This document shows, piece after piece, positions 29,032 to 37,869 of a stretch of 38,803 bases of DNA (positions within the stretch are counted from its first letter, which is position 1; the number at the start of each line of letters is the position of its first letter). Under the pieces are notes generated by a model. That model saw nothing but the letters and a program-made list of their open reading frames with translations. It ran no database searches and was not told where the DNA came from. Both the position numbers and the translations under genes were made by a program. Source of the DNA: Arcobacter sp. (lineage in GTDB: Bacteria; Campylobacterota; Campylobacteria; Campylobacterales; Arcobacteraceae); assembly GCA_965662175.1 (NCBI GenBank), contig CBFIGT010000010.1, positions 1 through 38,803 of the forward strand, given 5' to 3'.

Positions 29032-29895
29032 CTTTTGAACTTTTATGCTAAAAAAATATTAGAACTACCCAATGTAGAACCAGCCACACACACCTATTCA
29101 CATCCATTTAATTGGAGAAAAGGTATTGTTTCTTATAGTGTAAATAAAGATGCTACAAAGGCTTTTCATGGGGATATTTCAGCATATCAAGAACCTGATA
29201 AACAAGTAAATTTGAACTTAGAAATTCAAAAATCTATTGATTATATTCAAAAGCTTATTCCAAATAAAAAAGTTAATACTATTTATTGGAGTGGTGATTG
29301 TTATCCCTCATTAAGAGACTTACAATATGTGGATAGTCATAATCTTTTAGCCTTTAATGGTGGTGATAATAGGTTTGATTTGGAGTTTAACAGCTACTCT
29401 TATGTTACACCTTTAAGTCTTTATTCAAAAAATGGTACGCAAATTTACTCTTCAAATAGTAATGAAAATACCTATACAGGGCTTTGGACAGAAAATCATT
29501 GGAGATTTAAAAATGTTATAAAAACATTTGAAAATACAGGATATCCAAAAAGAATTAAACCTGCAAATACATATTATCATTTTTACTCTTTTGAACATAA
29601 AGCATCATATAACTCTTTAAAAAAGATTTATTCATATTTACATAAAAATGATTTTGAATTTATTTACCCATCTGAATTTATAAAAATTGCTAAAAATTTT
29701 CATGATATAAAAATCGAAAAGATAAATGATTCGTTTAAAATATCTAATATCAAAGATTTAAGAGAGTTTAGATTTGAGGGAGAGAAGAAAATTTATTCTG
29801 ATGATATTAAGAAAATTTATTATGATAAAAAACTAAATGTTACTTATATTACTTTAAAAAATAATATTAATAGTGCCATTTTAAAAATAAGATAA
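28072..29895 (+). CDS. PelA-like polysaccharide deacetylase without the N-terminal hydrolase domain, paralogue 2
   Basis: Same length (607 aa) and motif set (HLDGDG, THTYSHPFNW, WSGDC, NENTYT.LW, YYHFYS); own signal peptide and AAGGA RBS. Confidence 0.85.
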   Translation: MKNNIIITIAFIFFTNLFSYASTNIERKVLVLYSEKNQVNTNSVHMRLESILNYYGYYAEHISTNPDNYPSDISSYAGLIYWNQGEKVKEPLKLVQFISKFKDKKNIFIGDIPTSDINGKNYIKEINQILKDSFGFHFGGIWIENPKNIKKEYDKELFDFEMKISFFNQKYFTYVITDDPKIDVVFKEYYRNKISNSAFFAPWGFYAPLNKVFYDNDTVEGKNRWIINPFKLIEKVYETNYPIPDTSTKNGKRVAYIHLDGDGILSKNEKQKYTIERAYNFIKEQKLKTGVSFIVSELDKNGPILKNEYTKNGTKNHDYKLLNFYAKKILELPNVEPATHTYSHPFNWRKGIVSYSVNKDATKAFHGDISAYQEPDKQVNLNLEIQKSIDYIQKLIPNKKVNTIYWSGDCYPSLRDLQYVDSHNLLAFNGGDNRFDLEFNSYSYVTPLSLYSKNGTQIYSSNSNENTYTGLWTENHWRFKNVIKTFENTGYPKRIKPANTYYHFYSFEHKASYNSLKKIYSYLHKNDFEFIYPSEFIKIAKNFHDIKIEKINDSFKISNIKDLREFRFEGEKKIYSDDIKKIYYDKKLNVTYITLKNNINSAILKIR

Positions 29896-30016
29896 ATTAT
29901 TCAAAAGTTATTATAAAAGGTTTTTTTGTTAAAATAGTTAGACTTTTATAATTAGATAAAATAAAAATTATTATTTAAACAAAAATAATATTAATATATA
30001 AAAAAAAGAGTTTAAT

Positions 30017-32926
30017 TTGAAATATAAAATAGTTTTTGCTTCCATTTTTGTATTAATAGCTTTTTTTATAGCCTTTGCTATAAAACCTGAAACAAAAGAG
30101 ATGGTTTATGTTTATGAAAAAAGTAAAAACCTAAAAAAACTAAATGAAGAATATACTAAAATAATAGAAACAAAACCTGATGACTTGGAATTATTAAAAA
30201 AATTAGCAGATAACTCTTATAAACTAAATGATGAAAGCTATTTACAGCACTCCATAAAATATTATAATTTAAAAAAAGATTATGAAATTCTAAGAAGAAT
30301 TATAGACGCATATAAAATAAAAAATGATTATACAAATGCCCTACAATGGTTAGAAATAGCATATAATGACTTTGATAAAATCGAAGACTTAAATGAAATC
30401 ATAGCAATTTCAAGTACTGCAAAAAATGAAGAACTTTTAAAAACTTATCTAAAAAAACTCTATTTAAGAAGTAGTGAAACAAAAATATTATTTACACTTT
30501 ATGGATTAAATGATAAAGAGTACTCCCTTGAAAAAATTTATAATTTAATGGAAAATAATCAATTAGATGAAGAGGATTATAATAAAGGTCTTATTTTAAG
30601 TATTTATGAAAAAGATTTAGATATTGCCTATAATTTTTACTCTAAAAAAGATTTAAAATTTTTAGATCCAATTAAATATGAAAAAGAGTATTCATATATG
30701 TTGGAAAACTTACAAAATACAGAAGAGATAATAAAACTAAATAAATTTCTTTATAAAAAGACAAATAATGAAACTTATTATAAAAACTTTACTGATAGAT
30801 TACTTTATGAGGGTGATATTGATAGATATTTAGAGACTGTAAAAGATAGATATGAAAAAGAAAAAAGAGTTTCTGATTTAAATGATATTATTAAATATGA
30901 TTATTTAAACGAAGATATTGAGAGTTATTTATCATTTTTAAGTGAAAAAGTAATTTTAGAAAAAGATATTAAAACTGCTGAATCTATAATAGCTTATTAT
31001 ATTGATTTAGGAGATGAAGAGGCATTAAAAAATATTTTATTAAAATTAAGTAATATTACAAAAGAGTATGATGAGTTTAAAGATTTATGCTTACGTACCT
31101 ATGCATATTTAGAGATGTATGAAACAGCTCAAGAGCTTTTATTAAAGTTTTCACCAAAAGAGGTAAGTCCAAATGTTGTTTATTCTGTATTTAATAGAAA
31201 AATAAATGAAAAATCAATGCCATATTTTATGGAAATTCTAAAAAACTCAAATGATAAAGTTACAAAGGGTAAGTTATTTAGATATAGATATAAAACACTA
31301 AAACTTTTTACAGAAGAGACATATGAGTATTTTGGTAAACCATCTACATTTAAGAAACTATACACATATATAGAGATGTTTCCAGATGAGGATAAAAATA
31401 AAAACCTATTAAAATTTGCAAATGAGTCAAGTGACCCAATGTTTATTTCAGAAATTGCCCAATACCTTTTATTTAAAAATAAAAAAACTGAAGCAGTTTC
31501 ACTTTTTGAAAAAGCCCTTTTACTCTACCCTTATAACAAACTATCTTTAAAAACATTAGCTTCAATTTATTTATACGATAATAAAAAAGAAAAAGCATAT
31601 GAAATGTTAAGTAAGCTGAAAAAAATAGATAACTCTGATGCTGAGATTGATTATTATTTAGCAGAGTATTACTATCAAAAAAATAATAAGAAAGAGTATA
31701 TTAAATATTATAATGAAGTTATAAATAAACTTGCAATTAAATCACTAAGAGAAGAGTACATAATTTTAAGAGCAAAATCAAAAATCACTTCATCATCAAA
31801 CTATAAAAAAGAGTTTGCACAATTAATTAGTGATTCTAAAAATGATGTTGACTTAATCGCTGATATTTGGTACTTATTTTATGAAGATAAAGAGTATGAA
31901 TATTTATTAAATGAAATTACAAATTTAAAAGAGCTAGTAGATAATAATTATAAATTACAAGAGATTGAAGTTATTACATATATGGCTTTAAATAAAGATG
32001 ATCTAGCAAAAAATAAAATTAAGGCAATTTTAGAAAAAGATAATGAGCCTTTGAACTCAGCCGTTTTATATGAAAGACTAGCCTATATTGAATATAAAAG
32101 ATTTAATAAATTTGAAGCTTTAAAAAACTATGAAAAAAGTCTTTCTTTGAGTTATTCAAAAGATAAAGAAGAGTTTACAAATGAACTAAAAAAAGAGTTT
32201 AGGACAAAAGTTGAAGTGGAAACGGGTGTAAGAAGTGATATAAAAGAGTTTCATTTAAACTTTAGAAAACTTATTGATAAAATAAAAGTAAATCTAACTT
32301 ATGATAGCTATGATGACTATAACTCAGCTAAAATCAAATTAAGTGATTTAGATGAAAAATATCTTTTTGGTATTGGAAAAGATTATGTAAAACTACAATT
32401 TAGTTATCTATTTGGTTTAAATTTAGCCTTAAGTTATGAAAAAAATATTGATACATCAAGTGAGCTTATAGTTAAAAATAAATTAAAACATGATATATTT
32501 TCTATAAGTTATTCAAGAGCATTATCCGATAATCTATTTTATAGTTTAAAAGGTGATTATTTTAGATATGATGATTTTAATAGAAAAAAACTTGAAAACA
32601 CACTTTATATGCCCTTTTATCAAACATACTTTACTTCATTTTCATTGATAAATGAAAGAGTTGATAAAGATAATATATTTGGATATGAGAGTGAAAATCG
32701 TTATATTCTAGCCTTTGGGGAGAATAATAAAATAAATGACAATTTACTCTATTTCTACTCATTTGGAGGAGAAAAAGATAAAAGTGATACAAGCTATTTT
32801 ATAAATTTTGATTTATATTTTAACCAGCGAGATTATGATGTATCTTTGAAAAACTCTTTTTCTAAAGATCCATTAAATAGTGATTATAATTTTAATAGTA
32901 TGTTAAATTTCTCATACTATTTTTAA
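30017..32926 (+). CDS. PelB-like TPR scaffold with probable C-terminal outer-membrane beta-barrel
   Basis: N-terminal hydrophobic segment, long helical TPR-like region (AVSLFEKALLLYPYN, YYLAEYYY, ALKNYEKSL), aromatic-rich alternating C-terminal region ending NFSYYF; position in a pel cluster. TTG start. Confidence 0.7.
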   Translation: MKYKIVFASIFVLIAFFIAFAIKPETKEMVYVYEKSKNLKKLNEEYTKIIETKPDDLELLKKLADNSYKLNDESYLQHSIKYYNLKKDYEILRRIIDAYKIKNDYTNALQWLEIAYNDFDKIEDLNEIIAISSTAKNEELLKTYLKKLYLRSSETKILFTLYGLNDKEYSLEKIYNLMENNQLDEEDYNKGLILSIYEKDLDIAYNFYSKKDLKFLDPIKYEKEYSYMLENLQNTEEIIKLNKFLYKKTNNETYYKNFTDRLLYEGDIDRYLETVKDRYEKEKRVSDLNDIIKYDYLNEDIESYLSFLSEKVILEKDIKTAESIIAYYIDLGDEEALKNILLKLSNITKEYDEFKDLCLRTYAYLEMYETAQELLLKFSPKEVSPNVVYSVFNRKINEKSMPYFMEILKNSNDKVTKGKLFRYRYKTLKLFTEETYEYFGKPSTFKKLYTYIEMFPDEDKNKNLLKFANESSDPMFISEIAQYLLFKNKKTEAVSLFEKALLLYPYNKLSLKTLASIYLYDNKKEKAYEMLSKLKKIDNSDAEIDYYLAEYYYQKNNKKEYIKYYNEVINKLAIKSLREEYIILRAKSKITSSSNYKKEFAQLISDSKNDVDLIADIWYLFYEDKEYEYLLNEITNLKELVDNNYKLQEIEVITYMALNKDDLAKNKIKAILEKDNEPLNSAVLYERLAYIEYKRFNKFEALKNYEKSLSLSYSKDKEEFTNELKKEFRTKVEVETGVRSDIKEFHLNFRKLIDKIKVNLTYDSYDDYNSAKIKLSDLDEKYLFGIGKDYVKLQFSYLFGLNLALSYEKNIDTSSELIVKNKLKHDIFSISYSRALSDNLFYSLKGDYFRYDDFNRKKLENTLYMPFYQTYFTSFSLINERVDKDNIFGYESENRYILAFGENNKINDNLLYFYSFGGEKDKSDTSYFINFDLYFNQRDYDVSLKNSFSKDPLNSDYNFNSMLNFSYYF

Positions 32927-32935
32927 AGGAACCCA

Positions 32936-34150
32936 ATGATTATACTTTATTTGTTAACCCTGTTTATGATTGTTTTTTCTTTTCAAGAAAATACTAATGT
33001 AAAAAAATACCTAATTGTATTTATGGTATTTAGTTTAGCTTATTTCTTCTTATCAGTTGAAATAATGGTTCCATATAAACAAAATGATTATTTATCTTTT
33101 TATGATTATCTTTTATCAATATATTTTCCATATATTATAGCAATGATAATCTCATTTTATATTCGATATGAAATTGAAAAAAAAGCCAAAATAATTAGTA
33201 AATTAGAGACTAATGTAAACACATATCATGAAAAAATACAAAATCTAATTCATATAAGTGAAAGAACAAAAAGAGAAAAAAATGATTTAGAAAAAAGATT
33301 AATATCAGAAGAAAAAGAGTCAATAAAAATTAGAGAGATTATGACAAAAATCAATAACTTTAGTCTATTAGATATTGAAAAAAATGTTATTAATTTCCTA
33401 AAAAAGATTGTACCAACAGCTGAAATGAGATTTTATAAAAATGAAGAGGGAAACTTAAAATATATTGACTCTACTAAAAAGAATTCAGAGCAAAATCTAA
33501 TAAAAAATGATGACTTATACAACTATATTTTCTCAAGAGATGAAGATATATCAAGTTCACTTGACTATAAAGATAGATTTAAAGAGAAAATAATTATTAC
33601 CTTAAGATTAGGTAAAAATGAAATTTTTGGAACAATTTTAATTGATGATATAGATTTCTTCTCATTAAATAAAGTTACAATTCAAAGTCTTTATTACTTT
33701 ACAGAGTTACTATCTTTACATATTGAAAAAAGTTTAATTTTTCAAAAACAAAAAGAGACCTCATACTCTTACAACTATAAAAATATCTACAATATCTTTT
33801 TCCTAAAAAAGATACTATACCATGAACTAAATACAGCCAAAAGACACAATTTAGACTCAGCTATTATAAAACTTACAAGTAAAGATTTTATGGATAAAAA
33901 TGAAGATGTTTTATTTGATGATATTGAGGATTTCTATGGAAAGTATTTAAGAAAAACAGACTTAGTATTTTATAATCAAGAGGAGAGGTCTTTTATATTT
34001 GTATTCCCAATAACAAAAATTGAAAAAGTTAAATTTATTAAAGAAAAAATTGTTTCAAATTTATCTAATTACTATTTAAAAGTTAATTCATACTATATTA
34101 CAAAAAATAAGCAAGAAAAAGAGTTATTCTTGGATATTGGAATAAAATAG
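32936..34150 (+). CDS. pelD: PelD-like c-di-GMP receptor (TMs, coiled coil, GAF, degenerate GGDEF)
   Basis: N-terminal TMs, coiled coil, GAF-like segment (FGTILIDDIDFFSLN), RxxD I-site RKTD at 33950-33961, no GG(D/E)EF motif; precedes pelE/F/G. Confidence 0.72.
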   Translation: MIILYLLTLFMIVFSFQENTNVKKYLIVFMVFSLAYFFLSVEIMVPYKQNDYLSFYDYLLSIYFPYIIAMIISFYIRYEIEKKAKIISKLETNVNTYHEKIQNLIHISERTKREKNDLEKRLISEEKESIKIREIMTKINNFSLLDIEKNVINFLKKIVPTAEMRFYKNEEGNLKYIDSTKKNSEQNLIKNDDLYNYIFSRDEDISSSLDYKDRFKEKIIITLRLGKNEIFGTILIDDIDFFSLNKVTIQSLYYFTELLSLHIEKSLIFQKQKETSYSYNYKNIYNIFFLKKILYHELNTAKRHNLDSAIIKLTSKDFMDKNEDVLFDDIEDFYGKYLRKTDLVFYNQEERSFIFVFPITKIEKVKFIKEKIVSNLSNYYLKVNSYYITKNKQEKELFLDIGIK

Positions 34151-35002
34151 ATGATTTTTTGGATTTTTTGGATTTCTTTATCATCCTTATTTTTTGGAAT
34201 ATTAGGCTTTATTGCCTCACTATTTTCAATATTTATTTATTATATATTTAAAACTAATCTTTTTAAAATTGTAAATATAAAAGATAAGGGCTTGAATAAA
34301 AAAACTCAAAGAGAAAATCTAATGCTTGATTTAACAGAGGTTTTAGAAAAAGAGAAAAATGTCAAGTTTGATATAAATAGAGTAAAATCATATAAACAAA
34401 TTTTATATTATGGAACTGTTAGAGAAAAAATTGAACTAATTGGAATGGTTGTTTATAATCCATCTTCAGAGTTTGTAGATTTGATTAGAATAGCTCTTGA
34501 AGACGAAGATGAAACAGTTAGAATACTTAGTTCAACTTCTTTACAAAAAATGGAATCCTATTATGAAGATAAAATAAAAGAGTTTCAAACTAAGTTTCAA
34601 ACTTTTACACAAATTAGGAAAAAAAATCTATTTTTTAGAAAATTAATTTTTACATATGATAAATATATTGATTCTACTTTGATTGATTATTATTTAAAAG
34701 ATATTTACATAGATAAAATGTTTAATGAGTTTAAAAATATAGAAGATTTAAAAGAGAATAAACTTATTTTATATGTTTATATTAAGATGTCTGTTAAATA
34801 TCAAAGATTAGAGGGAATTGAGGAGATATTATTTGAATTGATTGAAAAAAGAGATCGTATTTCTGATAGATTTTTATTAATTGAGCTTTATTATAAACAA
34901 TCAAATTTTACAAGATTGTATGAGGTACTTAACTCAATAGATATTAATAAAATAAAAAATACTAAGCAAATTGATTCTTATGAGTATTGGAGAAGTATAT
35001 AA
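34151..35002 (+). CDS. PelE-like inner-membrane protein with HEAT/TPR-like helices
   Basis: Hydrophobic N-terminus; LIRIALEDEDETVRILSSTSLQKME HEAT-like motif; lies between pelD and pelF. Confidence 0.65.
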   Translation: MIFWIFWISLSSLFFGILGFIASLFSIFIYYIFKTNLFKIVNIKDKGLNKKTQRENLMLDLTEVLEKEKNVKFDINRVKSYKQILYYGTVREKIELIGMVVYNPSSEFVDLIRIALEDEDETVRILSSTSLQKMESYYEDKIKEFQTKFQTFTQIRKKNLFFRKLIFTYDKYIDSTLIDYYLKDIYIDKMFNEFKNIEDLKENKLILYVYIKMSVKYQRLEGIEEILFELIEKRDRISDRFLLIELYYKQSNFTRLYEVLNSIDINKIKNTKQIDSYEYWRSI

Positions 35003-35004
35003 AT

Positions 35005-36507
35005 ATGAAAAATACAAAAAAAATAGCAGATATTTGTCTTATTATTGAGGGAAGTTACCCTTATGTAAAAGGTGGTGTTGCTAGTTGGGTTCATCAAATT
35101 TTAACAAACTACTCTGAATTTACTTTTGATTTAGTTGTACTTGTTGCATCAGATAAAACCAAACTTGTATCTAAATATGACTTACCATCTAATGTAAATA
35201 AAGTTTATAATCTTCCAATAAGAAGAGAGGTAAAAGTTCCAATTTTTTCAAAAAAGAGAATGAAACATTTTCCACTATTTGAAAAGTTCTTAAGTACTTT
35301 TTTTGATTTTCAAGAGTTTGAAAACTTAATAAAAAACTTAATAAAACTTAATAAAAATGAAAAATATAGATTACTTGAAGACTCTTTATATTCAGAAGAG
35401 ATATTTGATTATATAAATGAGTTCTATCAAAATAGTAGAGAGTTTAAAACAAAACCATATATTGACTTTTTTTGGTCTTTAAGAAGTATCTATTTCTCTT
35501 TTTTAAATGTTTTGATTTTTGATATGCCAAAAGCAAAGGTTTATCACACTATTTCTACAGGTTATGCAGGGCTTTGTGCCTCAATTTGTAAAATAAAATA
35601 TCCCAATTCTAGATTACTAATTACAGAACATGGTATTTATACAAGAGAAAGAAAAATGGATATTACAATTGCTGATTGGTCAGATAGAGATTATGAAGCC
35701 TATAATCCAAAAAATAGTATATCTTTATATAAAAATATGTGGGAAGATTCATTTGAAATAATTTCAAAAACCACATATAAATATTGTGATGAAATTCTCT
35801 CTTTAAATCTAAAAAACAACCTTATACAGATAAAAGAAGGAGCACAAGAAGATAAAGTCTATTTTGTTAGAAATGGAATAAATTTAAGTAGATTTAACTT
35901 TATAGAGAGAAAAAGTATAAATAAAGAGAGTATAAAAATTGGCTTTTTAGGAAGAGTAGTAAATATCAAAGATGTTAAAACATTCATAAAAGCTGCTGAT
36001 ATTGTTAAATCATCATATCCAACAGTTAGTTTTTTAATTGCAGGACCTAATGATGAAGATATTGATTATTTTAATAGTTGCCAAGATTTAGTAAATGCTT
36101 TAAACTTAAAAGATAATGTTAAATTCATAGGTACTGTAAAAGCAGAAGATTTCTTACAAGAGATTGATATTATGGTATTAACTTCACTCTCAGAGGGTCA
36201 ACCTTTAGTAATAGGTGAAGCAAATGCCTGTGGAGTTCCTTGTGTAGTAACTGATGTTGGTGGTTCAGCGGAGATGGTTTTAGGTGGAGCTGATGATACA
36301 ATTGGTCCATCGGGAATTGTTACTAAATCTGTTAATCCAATACAAACAGCAAATGGAATATTAAAATTTATTGAAAATGAGAAATTTTATAATGAGTGTT
36401 CAAAAAATGGGGTAAAAAGAGTAAAAACCTTTTATAATGAGCAAACTTTTCTTAATAAATATAGAGAAATATATCAAAATAATATTGCAAAAAGTGAGAC
36501 TATATAA
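35005..36507 (+). CDS. pelF: GT4 family Pel glycosyltransferase PelF
   Basis: ADICLIIEGSYPYVKGGVASWVHQI, HTISTGYAG, ITEHGIYTRER, GRVVNIKDVKTFI, SLSEGQPLVIGEA, TDVG. ATG 35005 is preferred to TTG 34987. Confidence 0.95.
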   Translation: MKNTKKIADICLIIEGSYPYVKGGVASWVHQILTNYSEFTFDLVVLVASDKTKLVSKYDLPSNVNKVYNLPIRREVKVPIFSKKRMKHFPLFEKFLSTFFDFQEFENLIKNLIKLNKNEKYRLLEDSLYSEEIFDYINEFYQNSREFKTKPYIDFFWSLRSIYFSFLNVLIFDMPKAKVYHTISTGYAGLCASICKIKYPNSRLLITEHGIYTRERKMDITIADWSDRDYEAYNPKNSISLYKNMWEDSFEIISKTTYKYCDEILSLNLKNNLIQIKEGAQEDKVYFVRNGINLSRFNFIERKSINKESIKIGFLGRVVNIKDVKTFIKAADIVKSSYPTVSFLIAGPNDEDIDYFNSCQDLVNALNLKDNVKFIGTVKAEDFLQEIDIMVLTSLSEGQPLVIGEANACGVPCVVTDVGGSAEMVLGGADDTIGPSGIVTKSVNPIQTANGILKFIENEKFYNECSKNGVKRVKTFYNEQTFLNKYREIYQNNIAKSETI

Positions 36508-37868
36508 TGCAAAAAAAAGAATCAAATATACTAAAACTTTTTGAACAAGAAAACAATAAAATAAATGAATTTGAGATTATTAAATCAATTTTCACAACCT
36601 CAGGAGCTTGGTTAATCTCTATTATTACTCTTTTATCTATTAAATTTCTTATGAAAGATATTATTACAAAAGAGTTATATGATTTATTTTTAACAATAAT
36701 TATTTATAGTTTTATTTTTTCAATGATTATAACAGCACCATTTATAAATATGATAAATAGATATTTAGGAGATAAAATTTATCTAAAAGAGTATGATTCT
36801 ATTTTACCTATATTTATAAGCTCATTTATTTTAATAGCCCCTGTTTCATATTTAAGCTCATTTTATTATGTAAGATATTTTACAAATCTTGGGGATTTTA
36901 GTTTTGTTATTGCGCAATTTTTTACCTCTTTATCCATATTATGGCTAATTATGATATTTATAACTATTTTTAAACACTTTGCAATAATAAACTTTTCATT
37001 TTTAATTGGAATGATTATTTCAATAGTTTTAATAAAATATCTATTTCATGATGACTTATATAGTCTAATTTTGGGCTTTAATAGTGGAGTACTATTTACA
37101 GTATCAGTATTAGTTGCAAAATTAAAATATGATTTTACATTCCGAAGCTATTTTGATTTCTCATTTTTAAAAGAGAAAAAATATTATCTCTTTTTTCTAA
37201 GTGGATTATTGTTATATTTAGCCTTATGGACTGATAAATTTATGTATTGGGCTTCAGGATATGGAGTTGAAATAGAAAAAGGTTTTTATTTTTTTCCTGA
37301 ATATGATTTTGTTATTTTTATCTCTTATTTGGTAATTATTCCTGTAAATTCATACTTAACTGTATATATAAATGATGTTTTTAATATCGAACAAAAGCAG
37401 TATTTTAAAGCAATTGAAAACAAAAAAAGCTTTGCAATAATAAATAACTTTGCTAGAAATTTACAAAATACCTTTTATAGAGGTATTTTTAAAATCACTC
37501 TTTTTCAGTTTATTATATCTTTACTTTTTGTATTTTCTATACACTATTTTTTTGATAAATTTAATATAAATGTAGAGTCAATTCCTATGTTGAGAATTGT
37601 AGTTTTTGCTATTACAATACAGATGATTTTAATGGCAATTATTGTTTTCTTATACTATTTTGATTTTCAAAAAGAGATATTCTTTATCTCCCTTTGTTAT
37701 TTTATTTTAAACTTTAGCTTCTCATATTTTATGGTTAATTTATCATATGATTATATTGGATACTCTTATTTTATTTCAGCATTATTGACGCTATTTATAG
37801 CTTTTATAATTTCCTCATATAAAATGGAAAGAATTAACTTTTATATTATTGCAAGAAATGAGGTTTAA
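36507..37868 (+). CDS. pelG: Pel exopolysaccharide transporter PelG
   Basis: About 12 TM segments; SGAWLISI, RYLGDKIY, LWTDKFMYW, YDF..FISYL, LYYFD; coupled to pelF by TAATG. Confidence 0.88.
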   Translation: MQKKESNILKLFEQENNKINEFEIIKSIFTTSGAWLISIITLLSIKFLMKDIITKELYDLFLTIIIYSFIFSMIITAPFINMINRYLGDKIYLKEYDSILPIFISSFILIAPVSYLSSFYYVRYFTNLGDFSFVIAQFFTSLSILWLIMIFITIFKHFAIINFSFLIGMIISIVLIKYLFHDDLYSLILGFNSGVLFTVSVLVAKLKYDFTFRSYFDFSFLKEKKYYLFFLSGLLLYLALWTDKFMYWASGYGVEIEKGFYFFPEYDFVIFISYLVIIPVNSYLTVYINDVFNIEQKQYFKAIENKKSFAIINNFARNLQNTFYRGIFKITLFQFIISLLFVFSIHYFFDKFNINVESIPMLRIVVFAITIQMILMAIIVFLYYFDFQKEIFFISLCYFILNFSFSYFMVNLSYDYIGYSYFISALLTLFIAFIISSYKMERINFYIIARNEV

Positions 37869-37869
37869 T

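Noticed and set aside
860..31365. Short antisense ORFs in the track (860-1123, 2711-2893, 5050-5334, 8875-9186, 11197-11424, 11895-12149, 12330-12533, 13321-13587, 16447-16629, 21266-21478, 23126-23311, 24534-24749, 24969-25235, 26739-27005, 31180-31365)
   Set aside because: All lie opposite well-supported genes, show no recognisable motifs and have the composition expected of shadow frames.
35322..35354. Three imperfect AAACTTAATAA copies in pelF
   Set aside because: Short, AT-only, irregular period and frame intact; compatible with chance or old slippage.
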